Source: Stegostoma tigrinum (lineage: Eukaryota). Taken from it: a stretch of 64,000 bases of DNA. Location of the stretch: contig NC_081396.1 in the NCBI RefSeq assembly GCF_030684315.1, positions 2,790,001-2,854,000 on the forward strand, written 5' to 3'. The notes below the pieces were generated by a model, which searched no databases, was not told where the DNA came from, and saw only the letters and a list, made by a program, of their open reading frames with translations. Both the position numbers and the translations under genes were made by a program. Of this stretch, positions 49,861-61,289 are shown piece by piece (positions within the stretch are counted from its first letter, which is position 1; the number at the start of each line of letters is the position of its first letter).

Positions 49861-50247
49861 AGGACTTATGCACTTGTTCGTAACTATTCCGACAGATGGA
49901 AGGGCAGGGCATGAAAATGTGTATGGTATTCAGTTGTAGATCTATAAATTGTCTTGGCTTCATGTCTGTCATTCTCACCTCTACCTCTTTCTGTAGTTTT
50001 GTACAAATGCTTACGGATTCGCTTTCCTGAAGAGCTGTATGAGTCAATTCAGTTTTAATGATAATCCAGTAGTTTTCTTCAGTGTCATCTCCACAACTGA
50101 CCAGATTAATTGCTCTGTGTTCTTCTGGTTTCTCCTAACACATTTTGCTTCCTGTTTGAAAAGCTTTTTTTATTTAGAAACATCAAATTAAATCAAATCC
50201 AGATCTACCAGTCACTCTGTTTCTCATAACCTATTTATCTCAGGATT

Positions 50248-51489
50248 ATGAATGTTGAAGGAGAAAGCACCATTCATATCAAGGAGAAAAATGTACCATC
50301 TGTATGTGGAAGAGTCTGTGAAGATTCATCTGAAATGTCCAAACATCAGGAGAGTCACACTGGGGAGACACTGTGGATATGTGGTGATTGTGGAAAGGAA
50401 TTATTTTCCCCATCCAAGCTGGAAATTCACCAATGCAGTGACAGCGGGGAGAAGCCGTTCACTTGTTCTGATTGTGGGATGAGATTCGCTCAGGCATCCA
50501 GCCTGCTGATACATGAGAGAGTTCACACTGGAGAGAGACCATTCACCTGCTCCAAATGGGGAAACTCATTCACTCACTCATCCAACCTGCTGAGACCCCA
50601 GCGAGTTCACCCTGGTGAGAGACCATTCACATGTTCTGAATGTGGAAAAGGATTCATGCGGTCATCCAGTCTCCAGATACACCAGCGAGTTCACACTGGA
50701 GAGAGACCGTTCACCTGCTCCGATTGTGGAAAGGGATTCACCTGGTCAGCCAGCCTGCAGATGCACCAGCGGGTTCACACTGGAGAGAGACCGTTCACCT
50801 GCTCCGATTGTGGAAAGGGATTCACTCGCTCATCCATCCTGCAGATACACCAGCGAGGTCACACTGGGGAGAGACCATTCACCTGCTCTGATTGTGGAAA
50901 GGCGTTCTATTCATCATCCAGCCTACAGATACACCATCGTGTTCACACTGGAGAGAGACCATTCACCTGCTCCGATTGTGGAAAGGGATTCTCTTCGTCA
51001 TCCAACCTGCAGATACACCAGCGAATTCACACTGGGGAGAGACCATTCACCTGCTCCATGTGTGGGAAAGGATTCACTCAGTCATCTAAACTTCTGGAAC
51101 ATCAGGGAATTCACACTGGAGAGAGACCATTCAATTGCTCCCAGTGTGGGAAAGGATTCACTTCCTCATCCAGCCTGCTGAAACACCAGCGAATTCATAC
51201 TGGGGAGAGACCATTCACCTGTTCTGATTGTGGAAAAGGATTCATTTGCTCATCTAAACTATTGCAACACCAGCGAGTTCACACTGGGGCGAGACCATTC
51301 ACTTGTTCTGAATGTGGAAAAGGGTTCACTTCATCATCCAACCTGCTGGAACACCAGCGAATTCACACAGGGGAGAGACCATTCACCTGCTCTGATTGTG
51401 GGAAGGGATTTACCAAGTCATCCCACCTGCGCAGACACCAGCGAGTTCACACTCGGGAGAAACCTTCACTCAGTCTACTCACCTGCTGA
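50248..51489 (+). CDS. Tandem C2H2 zinc-finger protein (413 aa, 11 intact fingers)
   Basis: CxxC-12-HxxxH repeats with TGERPF linkers. Three degenerate fingers lie near the N-terminus. Candidate acceptors end at 50177 or 50243, and AATAAA lies at 52051. Confidence 0.92.
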   Translation: MNVEGESTIHIKEKNVPSVCGRVCEDSSEMSKHQESHTGETLWICGDCGKELFSPSKLEIHQCSDSGEKPFTCSDCGMRFAQASSLLIHERVHTGERPFTCSKWGNSFTHSSNLLRPQRVHPGERPFTCSECGKGFMRSSSLQIHQRVHTGERPFTCSDCGKGFTWSASLQMHQRVHTGERPFTCSDCGKGFTRSSILQIHQRGHTGERPFTCSDCGKAFYSSSSLQIHHRVHTGERPFTCSDCGKGFSSSSNLQIHQRIHTGERPFTCSMCGKGFTQSSKLLEHQGIHTGERPFNCSQCGKGFTSSSSLLKHQRIHTGERPFTCSDCGKGFICSSKLLQHQRVHTGARPFTCSECGKGFTSSSNLLEHQRIHTGERPFTCSDCGKGFTKSSHLRRHQRVHTREKPSLSLLTC

Positions 51490-52149
51490 TACTCCAGCTG
51501 TTCACGCTATGGCAAGGCTGTTGACTTGTTCCATATGTGAGAAGGGATTCATTCTGTCCAAATTGTTAACACACCAGTGAAATGACAAAGGGCGGATCCC
51601 ATTCACCTGCTGTGTTTGTGGACAAGGCTTTGCTGTTTGTTAATATACCAGCAAATTTACAAAGAACCACAGTGATGGGTTTTGCATTTATTCACACCAA
51701 GGAATGAGCCTTTATCACGAGAATGTTTGTATTGCTGTTACCAAATTAAGCCCTTTTGAAAGGTGCTAACGTTATAGATAAAATGTTGATAAGATTGTGT
51801 ATCTAGGATAGGTTTTTGAAATGATCACAATGTCATTGTACATCAACGCATTTATAGTGGGTAGAGACTGTCCACCTACACTGTGTTTGTAAAGTTATTT
51901 TGTAGCTCACGTGGAGTAGTTAAACAACAATGAGCTACCCGTAACTGTCAGTGTTGGATTTTGATGCTATTGTCATCTATATTCAAATCTTGGCTTCTGT
52001 ACCTGTTTCTGATGATACTTGTAAATACTTCGGTTCAATGACCTATCTGGAATAAAGATAATCCAAATCATCTTTTTGTTAAATTTATGTTGCATCAAGA
52101 CTTTGTTTTATTCTCAGTGCCTTTGAGATAAGCTGATCAGTACCTTTCT

Positions 52150-52850
52150 TCATATGAACAATTGGGAGAAGGAACATCCTGCAGTGAGGTACAGCCTGTC
52201 ATGCTGGAAATTTAGATAAATGTGCAGATGGGGTGCTTGTAACTTCGCTTGGCAAGGGATCCAGAGAGAACATCCAAAAGAGTGAGAAGAATCAATGTGA
52301 CAGGCCAGTTCAGGTACAACAGAGTTTAATATGATTCTGTGGCATTGATTTTAATGTTGCGAGTTTGTCAAACGAAGCAGATGAGCGAGGGATATGAATT
52401 CAAATAATTGGGTACGATGACATTGCTGTCATTGAAACACGCTTGACAGTAAGGAAAGGATTGGAAGCTTAATACTTCAGCGTACAAGGTCTTCATGCGA
52501 GACAGCAAAGGAGTCAAAGGAAGTGAATGTGTCACAGTTATGTTTCAGGAATTTATTACAGTAATAAGGAGAGATGACATCTTAGAAAATTCCTTAAATA
52601 AATGTTTATGGGTGGAACAAGTAGAGCTAGTAAGGAGGTAGATTTCAGGAATGTGTAAAAGTAATAGGGTCGTGACAGTGCGGGATTTCAATTTTCACAA
52701 CATTCACTATAGTCGTCATTATGTGAAAGGCTTTGAGAAACTTTTAAAAGAGATCCAGGACAGCTTTTGTAGGTAGCATGTAAAATCAAAACCAGGAAAC
52801 GGGAGGCTCTAGACTTAATTTTAGGTAGTAAATACCGACATGTGGTTGAA
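52150..52850 (+). mobile_element. Old CR1 endonuclease fragment
   Basis: YDDIAVIET and NRVVTVRDFNF motifs. Confidence 0.65.
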
Positions 52851-52899
52851 GTTATCCCCTGTTAGCCAGAACGTTGGTGGTTGGTAGACCAGCCAGGGA

Positions 52900-54400
52900 T
52901 GGAAGCCGATTTCTTTTTGTTTTTCCGTCAGCATACTCCGTGACACCGTCGTGGATTGTCAGTGGGGATTTTGGCTGCAAGACAATTTTGCCTAATGTGC
53001 CCTCCACGATTAGACCTCGAATGACGGCTTCTAATGCATAGTGCTGCGAATTATGAAGAAAGACTCTTGCTGCAATGACTCTTAGAAGCACTATCTATGA
53101 TCTTTCCCCTTGAGTCAAGAACTCTCAACAGGAAATTGCTTACAGTAAAATTATGAACTTTTGTTCAATCTTAATTCAATCCTTGGAACAAAATTTACAA
53201 TTGAATTTCTGAAAGGTTCCACTGATGAACATTGCAAGTGAAAAATAAACCATTGATGATGATTCTGACTGACTTGCATGTTCACCCACATTTTCAGCTA
53301 CATTATGAAATTACTCAGGAAGATGAAACAGTAAAATATTTTACAAGGTTCATCAATAAAAGTTTCTTGAATCAAAATTTGTATTGATGAAATTTAGAAG
53401 TCATTGAATCAAATTATTTATGACACTATAGCAACAACATGTGGGAAAGGCAGAAGCCATAACAAAGACTAGTTTGAGGCCCAATGAGCAGAGATGATGT
53501 CTATCACTGAAGCAAAAAAAAATGAAGCCAATCAGATATGCAACATAAATCCAACAGCTAGAACACTGCACGACACGGAAGCAGCTAAGACAATTATGTA
53601 AAAGACAAGGAGATTGTGTGCAAATAAAGGCTGGGTGATCCCACACAGGGACCAAGTGAGATTTTTTAAAAAAATATGTAATGGATTGAAGGGTGTAGGA
53701 GAACACGGCAGGAAAGTGGACTTGAGGCCAGGATGAGGTCAGCCAAGATTGTATTAAGTGGTGGAATAGGCTCAAGGTACTGGGGATTACTTCTGCTCCT
53801 CATTCTTATGTGTTTATGTGGAAGAAATTCACACTGCCTGTACCAGTGGAAATCTATGGGCTTTTTGGGATGAACGAAGAGGGCATTTGGTCCAACCATC
53901 ACTGAAGTTACCCTCCTGAAATCAGACAGCAACATTTTCACTGGCAGAAGAAAGTAGATGCCCTGCTGGGTTAAACACGACTATGAGCAGTACTCCCATT
54001 AGTTGGACATCTTCCCATCTCCATATGATGCTCTCATACAGCTTCCAGTCATCATTAAGTTGGATCAGGAATACGAAAGATTCAAAAGGAGTTAATAGCT
54101 TACCAAACAGCAAGGCCACGTAGGATGGTGGAATTTGCCTGCATTTTTGAGGTTTGAAAATTCACAAGAACTGCTGCACTTTCATGACCTCCTATTCCCG
54201 AGGATGTGACAGATGGAAAAATTACTACAATTTATGAAACCCAATGCCTCTAGATGAGATTACAACAACCACAGGAATATCTCATTCACCATCACGAGGA
54301 AAGCCTTCTGTGGGGCCATATTTAAAAAGCCTTCATCTGCCTCCGGACTAACTGTACCCAGAAGTATACCTGTGATACAAAGTCATATAAGGTATGGACT
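52900..54400 (+). mobile_element. Highly decayed RTE-clade LINE remnant, interrupted by a CR1 tail (~53680-53820)
   Basis: Frameshifted ALIQLPVIIKLD, LPNSKAT, DGKITTIY, YNNHRNIS and RKAFCGAIFK resemble the RTE segment KIITLYK..NNYRGISLL..GKAFARVIL as recalled. Confidence 0.5.
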
Positions 54401-54829
54401 AAGTGATGGAAAATGAGAGATGAATAGTGAGGAGGTTGTTTTCGACTGATGCAGACTCAATTAGCTGAATGGCCTTTTTTTGATGTACACGTCTGTGACC
54501 CACTCCTTTCAAACCATAATCCATGTATTGTACCATCTGACAGTATGACATTTGACATTTTCTGTGTGAGCAATGGAGTGAAACATATGCCAACAGCAAA
54601 GTCAAAAACCCACAACAACTCCTGATAAATCTGAATCGTAATAATTTCTCTCGGAGATAGGGCAAGGAGATATATTTTGAATGAAGAGACGAGGAAATAA
54701 AGGCCAATAAGCGATTCTATTAAAACACTGCTTTCCAAAACATTTCCTGATGTGACCCCAGAGTAAGGTTTTTTGAGGCGGTGTTCTAAGTTTTACCATG
54801 GAATGGGGAAAGGGAAGATAGTTGGGGGT

Positions 54830-55370
54830 TTATTAATAGATTCATCATGCAGTTGGACATGTTATTAATGTAATAAGATCTGTATTATTCATGTTTAAAA
54901 AATACAGGAATGACTTTGATATAATGCAGTCATAACGATTGATGGAACAGAAATATGATTATTAATTGAAATAATTCTAAATAGATTTGAATTAGAATCG
55001 TGATTATTGGTGCAATAAGTTTATGCTTATTGATGGAGTATGCAACAGGAACTGTGTAAATCATCAGATAATGATTAATGTAATAGAATCCTGACTGTTA
55101 ATGTAATAGGGCACTGATTATTGGCAGGCACCAGACTATTAATGTAATTTTGTCCCAATAATTAATGTGTTCATCTCATGAAAGATGGAGTAACAGGATT
55201 CTGAGAATGGATGTAATAGAAAACTGATTTTTCATGTAGTTGGACTGTAAACATTGATGTAACAAGATCCTCATTAATGACACAACAGGATTCTGATTAT
55301 TAGTGTAACTGAATCGTAATTATTAATACATTATGATACTGAATTTTGATGTAACATTTTCCTGTAATAA
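54830..55370. repeat. Degenerate AT-rich minisatellite (~22 bp unit)
   Basis: Recurrent CTGATTATTAATGTAATAGGAT-like unit. Confidence 0.7.
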
Positions 55371-58012
55371 GAATCAAATACCTACCCTTTCACAGGCTTG
55401 TTTCAGTGCAGTGAAGCCCCAGGGGGCAGTCCAAAAGGTCACAAGGGGATTTAAAGGGACCTTGCAGCTGTCAGACATCAGTATGAGCACCACAGCAGCC
55501 ATTGCTGACTGGGAACTCGTAAATCCAAACAGCAGATTCTTACCAGCAGCATTAAACAGGAGACGGGGGGAAGCATCGAGGAAGGGCTTGAGCAGCAGAG
55601 TTTCAAATCATCTCACAGTTCCAGGCGACGGTGGGCTGAATGTCAGAGGCTGGTCAGGAAGGCACTGGAATTCTCAAGTCTAAAAGAAACACTGGCATTG
55701 GTCAGGGTTTCAGCAACCAATGAGCTGGAAGTGAAATGTGTGGTGTCAGCAATACTCTGCATTTGTGGTCAGAAGCCAATCTTAGGGTTAAATGTCCGTG
55801 TGGGATTATGAACAGCATGGTTAAGCCCCATGCAGTTGAAAGGGAGAGGGATGGAAATGAGGTAGAGTTGGGAGTTATGAGTACTTGACTGAAAACTAAC
55901 GCTGTACTTCTGAATGATATCACCCTGGGGCAGCATGGAGATGAGAAATAGAAGCGGCCAAGCATGGATCTTTGGGGAAGCCAAGTCCAAGCAACTTGGA
56001 GACGAAAAGAAGATTGGAGACGAGGGCAGTCGTTTGCAAGGAAAATGATTTCAAGGGTTTTTTTCTCCCGATGTGTGATGACAATGGAAGTAAACGTGAG
56101 AAGGATAACTCTGGGTAACTCTATTTCAGACAACACAACCATAATGGGCCAAATGGCCTTGATCTGTAGTGTAACTTCCTATTTTTATTCTGATACTTAG
56201 AGTTCAATTCTGATGTTAATAACCTCTCAAATTGTACTGGAGTGTAATATTCTCAAATGTATCTCTGTAGATTGTTGTATTTCTCCCCTGAGGGTTTAAT
56301 ATCACCTGGAGCTCAGAAAGGGCAATCTCTGCAGAGGATCATATGGCAGCAGCAGAACTTCAGCCTGGACACATCTTTCAGGGTCACACTGAGGGGACAA
56401 ATAGCACTTTGGGTGTTTCACGTCTCTGTTCTCTGACAGCAAAGCCCCAGTTTGGGTTAAACCATGAGGCACATACAAAATGTGTCCCAGCCACTGTCTT
56501 CCATGTGTCAGAGCTCCAAGACATGGAGCAGAATCTCATTTACAACTGGGCTTAGAGTCAGAGAAAAAAACAGTGGTGAATGCTGGTAATGTGTTTGAAA
56601 TCAAAAATTAGTGAAAAACTCTGATCTGTTCTTGACTAGAAGTGAACTGTCCGGTTTAAATTTCCCCTACATTGGTAAAGATAAAACTGTTAAACCTACA
56701 ACATGGAGATCAAAAGCACATGAACAGGGCTATGAGCAGCCTGTCTCAATCTCTGCTGAAACCACACAGGATGCACCAGGCAAAAGTGAGAGAAAGATCA
56801 GAGTCAAAATTATACTTAACAAAATTATACCAAAAGTGTGGACATGGGAGGGTTGAAAAAAAAGTTAACTTTCAGTTTTCAATAACCACAAGTAACAGTT
56901 ATTGGTCAGGAAGAAATGTAACAGGGGTTAGTGCTGGCAGTGAGAAGCATTTTCTCTGAAGGAGTTTTATCTGAGACTTCATCAATTTCTGAGGATGCGT
57001 AACCTGCTATGAATGTCCTCAAGACGTGTATTTTTCCCCCCACTTTGATATAATTTCCCATCTTGCCTACCTTTCATTCATTTGTCCTATCCAGTCATTC
57101 ACTTTGTGGACAGTTTCATCTGACAATGTTTGATTTTATTTCAGAAGCCTTTACAAAATGCTTGACACCATCCAACACAAATCAGCCCTCTCGATTCGCA
57201 CTCAAACTAACTCCATGTACATTGGTAATATATACTGCTGGGCTGATACAGTGCATCAGGGGTGAAGGGAGTCAATAAGATGCACTGCAATGACTCAGCG
57301 AGGCTCCCCCAACAGCACATTCCCAATTTGCAACCTTTACGATCTAGAAGCACAAGATCAGCAGTCATACATGAATACCACCAACTGCTTGACCCCCTCC
57401 AGCCCACATGCCATCCTGACTAGGAAATATTTCATGCCCTTTGAAGTTGTTTGGCCGAAATCCTGGCAGTCCTTCCCTAACGGCACCACAAGTCCACTGA
57501 AACACATCGACTGCAGCGGCTCAAGAAGGCAGCCTACAAAAGCAGTCATTAAAGTCACCACCGATACATCAGAAATTAGGTCACAATTTCAGAGCAGTCA
57601 AACCTAATTGATCGTGGTCTGCTGTGTTCTTCCAGCTCCACACTTTGTTATCTCTGACTCCAGAATCTGTAGATCTTGCAATCTTAGGGAATTGTCCACG
57701 TTGCTTGTAAAACAAAAAGTGCTAAACTTCCATTTTAACCGCGCAAGGCAAAAACATTTGATTTGACCACAATACACAGGAAAGGCCTCCAGTAAGAATA
57801 CAGCTGCTTTGAGCAGGAAGATATGGCCGTAGTTTCTCTGAAAAACCTACACTATCAACACTTCTTTTGCAACCAAACGAGACTGTGTTTCCAAGTGGGG
57901 GGTCAAGTCCCAGGACTTCTGAGTCAGAAATGAAAATGCTGTCATTGAATCAAGGCTACAATATAGCATTGACTTCCATATTTGGTGTAACTACACCAAA
58001 CTTTTAACAAGA

Positions 58013-59745
58013 GGAGATAATGGGAACTGCAGATGCTGGAGAATTCCAAGATAATAAAATGTGAGGCTGGATGAACACAGCAGGCCAAGCAGCATCTCAG
58101 GAGCACAAAAGCTGACGTTTCGGGCCTAGACCCTTCATCAGAGAGGGGGAGGTGGACCGAAGATGGAGAGTAAAGAAGATAGGTGGAGAGAGTGTAGGTG
58201 GGGAGGTAGGGAGGGGATAGGTCAGTCCAGGGAAGACGGACAGGTCAAGGAGGTGGGATGAGGTTAGTAGGTAGCTGGGGGTGCGGCTTGGGGTGGGAGG
58301 AAGGGATGGGTGAGAGGAAGAACCGGTTAGGGAGGCAGAGACAGGTTGGACTGGTTTTGGGATGCAGTGGGTGGGGGGGAGGAGCTGGGCTGGTTGTGTG
58401 GTGCAGTGGGGGGAGGGGACGAACTGGGCTGGTTTTGGGATGCAGTAGGGGAAGGGGAGATTTTGAAACTGGTGAAGTCCACATTGATACCATATGGCTG
58501 CAGGGTTCCCAGGCGGAATATGAGTTGCTGTTCCTGCAACCTTCGGGTGGCATCATTGTGGCAATGCAGGAGGCCCATGATGGACATGTCATCTAGAGAA
58601 TGGGAGGGGGAGTGGAAATGGTTTGCGACTGGGAGGTGCAGTTGTTTGTTGTGAACTGAGCGGAGGTGTTCTGCAAAGCGGTCCCCAAGCCTCCGCTTGG
58701 TTTCCCCAATGTAGAGGAAGCCGCACCGGGTACAGCAACTCATATTCCGCCTGGGAACCCTGCAGGAGTGTCCTCCGACACTTCCGCCATTTACAATCCA
58801 ACCCCACCACCCAAGACATTTTTCCATCCCCACCCCTGTCTGCTTTCCGGAGAGACCACTCTCTCCGTGACTCCCTTGTTTGCTCCACACTGCCCTCCAA
58901 CCCCACCACACCCGGCACCTTCCCCTGCAACCGCAGGAAATGCTACACTTGTCCCCATACCTCCTCCCTCACCCCCATCCCAGGCCCCAAGATGACATTC
59001 CACATTAAGCAGAGGTTCACCTGCACATCTGCCAATGTGGTATACTGCATCCACTGTACCCGGTGCGGCTTCCTCTACATTGGGGAAACCAAGCGGAGGC
59101 TTGGGGACCGCTTTGCAGAACACCTCCGCTCAGTTCGCAACAAACAACTGCACCTCCCAGTCGCAAACCATTTCCACTCCCCCTCCCATTCTCTAGATGA
59201 CATGTCCATCATGGGCCTCCTGCACTGCCACAATGATGCCACCCGAAGGTTGCAGGAACAGCAACTCATATTCCGCCTGGGAACCCTGCAGCCATATGGT
59301 ATCAATGTGGACTTCACCAGTTTCAAAATATCCCCTTCCTCTACTGCATCCCTAAACCAGCCCAGTTCGTCCCCTCCCCCCACTGCACCACACAACCAGC
59401 CCAGCTCTTCCCCCCCACCCTGTCTCTGCCTCCCTAACCGGTTCTTCCTTTCACCCATCCCTTCCTCCCACCCCAAGCCGCACCCCCAGCTACCTACTAA
59501 CCTCATCCCACCTCCTTGACCTGTCCGTCTTCCCTGGACTGACCTATCCCCTCCCCACCTATACTCTCCTGTCCACCTATCTTCTTTTCTCTCCATCTTC
59601 GGTCCGCCTCCCCCTCTCTCCCTAATTATTCCAGAACCCTCACCCCATCCCCCTCTCTGATGAAGGGTCTAGGCCCGAAACGTCAGCTCTTGTGCTCCTG
59701 AGATGCTGCTTGGCCTGCTGTGTTCATCCAGCTTCACATTTTATA
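58013..59745. mobile_element. Young Penelope-like 3' portion arranged as a ~700-bp inverted duplication
   Basis: Left arm 58013-58731 is antisense and right arm ~58763-59745 is sense. Hammerhead cores at 58114-58141 (-) and 59657-59684 (+). Confidence 0.9.
58623..59519 (+). CDS. Penelope GIY-YIG endonuclease domain (5'-truncated, chimeric N-terminus)
   Basis: CNRRKCYTC linker and NVVYCIHCTRCGFLYIGETKRRLGDRFAEHL...EQQLIFRLGTLQPYGIN. Confidence 0.8.
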   Translation: MRLGGAVVCCELSGGVLQSGPQASAWFPQCRGSRTGYSNSYSAWEPCRSVLRHFRHLQSNPTTQDIFPSPPLSAFRRDHSLRDSLVCSTLPSNPTTPGTFPCNRRKCYTCPHTSSLTPIPGPKMTFHIKQRFTCTSANVVYCIHCTRCGFLYIGETKRRLGDRFAEHLRSVRNKQLHLPVANHFHSPSHSLDDMSIMGLLHCHNDATRRLQEQQLIFRLGTLQPYGINVDFTSFKISPSSTASLNQPSSSPPPTAPHNQPSSSPPPCLCLPNRFFLSPIPSSHPKPHPQLPTNLIPPP

Positions 59746-59839
59746 TTCTATTGGAGAACTGTTCAGTAGGTGTCCAGGGTGTAAGCTGTGCATGTACCTG
59801 CAATTCATAAGAACATCCTTGGATAAGCAGATGGATAAT

Positions 59840-59941
59840 GATGGGATAGTGTAGGGGGAGGGTCTTAGATTAGTTCACAGGTCGGCGCAACATCGAGGGC
59901 TGAAGGGCCTGTTCTGCGCTGTATTGTTCTATGTCCTATGT
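59840..59941 (+). mobile_element. CR1 3' tail
   Basis: GGTCGGCGCAACATCGAGGGCTGAAGGGCCTGTTCTGCGCTGTATTGTTCTATG matches the reverse complement of 10245-10313. Confidence 0.75.
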
Positions 59942-60159
59942 CTCTTCTTGTCCTGCACAGACTCTGCTCCCTCGCTTCCTTTCCTCTCAGTTGCTGCAAG
60001 TAAATGATTTTATTTAAAAAAAATAAATTTGGGGAAATTGTTTGCTCATAAATGTCGGAAGCTTCAGAACGAGTGAAGCTCAATCTTCATTCAGAGAGAC
60101 AGTGTCAGCAACAGCAGTAGCTTTGCTTGGCTAAAAATGAACAGCTTCATTAACCCTTT

Positions 60160-60560
60160 GCTGCACGTCCGCACTCAGACAATAGGAGAGCTCCAATTGG
60201 CTGGAGGTCCAGCGTGTTTCCAGTCTTCCCCTCTTCCCATTGGTTATAATACCAAACTTTATGACGGATTGGGGCGGGACAAAGATCACGTGTGGATGCG
60301 GCGTCAATGACATCATGACCTATAAACATGCAGGCAATACATTGAGAGGGTGCGGTGAACACTAGCCAATCATAAAGCAGAGACTGTTCCCGCCCCAGGC
60401 ACATCCCGGCACACGAGCATATCCCGGCTCTCCCTTGCGCGGAATATGTCACGTGACCCGCGGCAACAGGAATTGTGGGGTTTGGAGTTCCCATTGAAGT
60501 CACTGGAGCGCTGTCTGGAAAGTGGACGTGAAGTGTGGGGCGGAGGGTGGTGGGCACTGG
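60160..60560. promoter_or_regulatory. Second CpG-rich promoter-like region
   Basis: Several CCAAT/ATTGG boxes, GGGGCGGG, TCACGTG twice and ATGACATCA. Shares a GCTGGWCCTCCARCCAAT motif (minus strand) with 46080-46097. Confidence 0.6.
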
Positions 60561-60829
60561 ATGCCCATTCAGACACACAGGGATATGTGGACTATCACTG
60601 GAATTCACTGAAACACCCCACCCTCCTTCCACATGGCCCAACAGCTATCTGACATGAGGTATAAAAACTAAGGGACATGGGTAACAGCTTTTGGGGAAGC
60701 ATCGTAATAGGTTTAATGTGACAGGGAACACCAGCAGTATCTCCAGGTAAGGAGATGTGGACTAAAGTCAAGGAGATCATCAGATGAATTGTGTTCCAAA
60801 CTAAGGTAAAGAATTTTGGGCAGATTGAC

Positions 60830-61231
60830 ATTTCTATCTTTTGACTGAGAAGTGCATTCACATTATCCAAAATAATGTATTCTGAATGCCTATCCTGTAA
60901 TTACAAGACCTTTTCTAAGGCCATATTCTTCTTCTTGACCAACCACCTTGGATCGCTGATAATTTTCTTCCATTTTAGTGTTGTGGGTCTTGAGTTTGTT
61001 AAATAGTTCAATATTGAATCCACAATAAATTCCACACATTGCGCAGGTGATATTTGCCGATAGGAGTGTGTATGATGCTCGAATTCTCACATGCTTATTC
61101 TACTGTTAATGTTCATTCTTGGTCAAGAAGAAGAATATAGCCTTACGAAAGGTATTGTAATTACAGGATAGACATTCAGAATGCATTATTCTGGATGGTG
61201 TGAATATACTTCGCAGTCAAAAGGTAGAAAT
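60830..61231. repeat. Fold-back element with ~113-bp imperfect terminal inverted repeats
   Basis: 60830-60942 is the reverse complement of 61119-61231, with a ~176-bp spacer. Confidence 0.85.
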
Positions 61232-61289
61232 CTCTATGATCCCCATACTCTTTTTGTTTGTTCTTCAGCTGGCCCTGTTGTCCTGGTTC

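Noticed and set aside
50252-51580. Alternative-frame repetitive ORFs over the ZNF gene
   Set aside because: Shadow frames of the 84-bp finger repeat.
43960-55370. CRISPR-like interpretation of the tandem repeats
   Set aside because: Eukaryotic context, degenerate head-to-tail units without unique spacers, and no cas genes.
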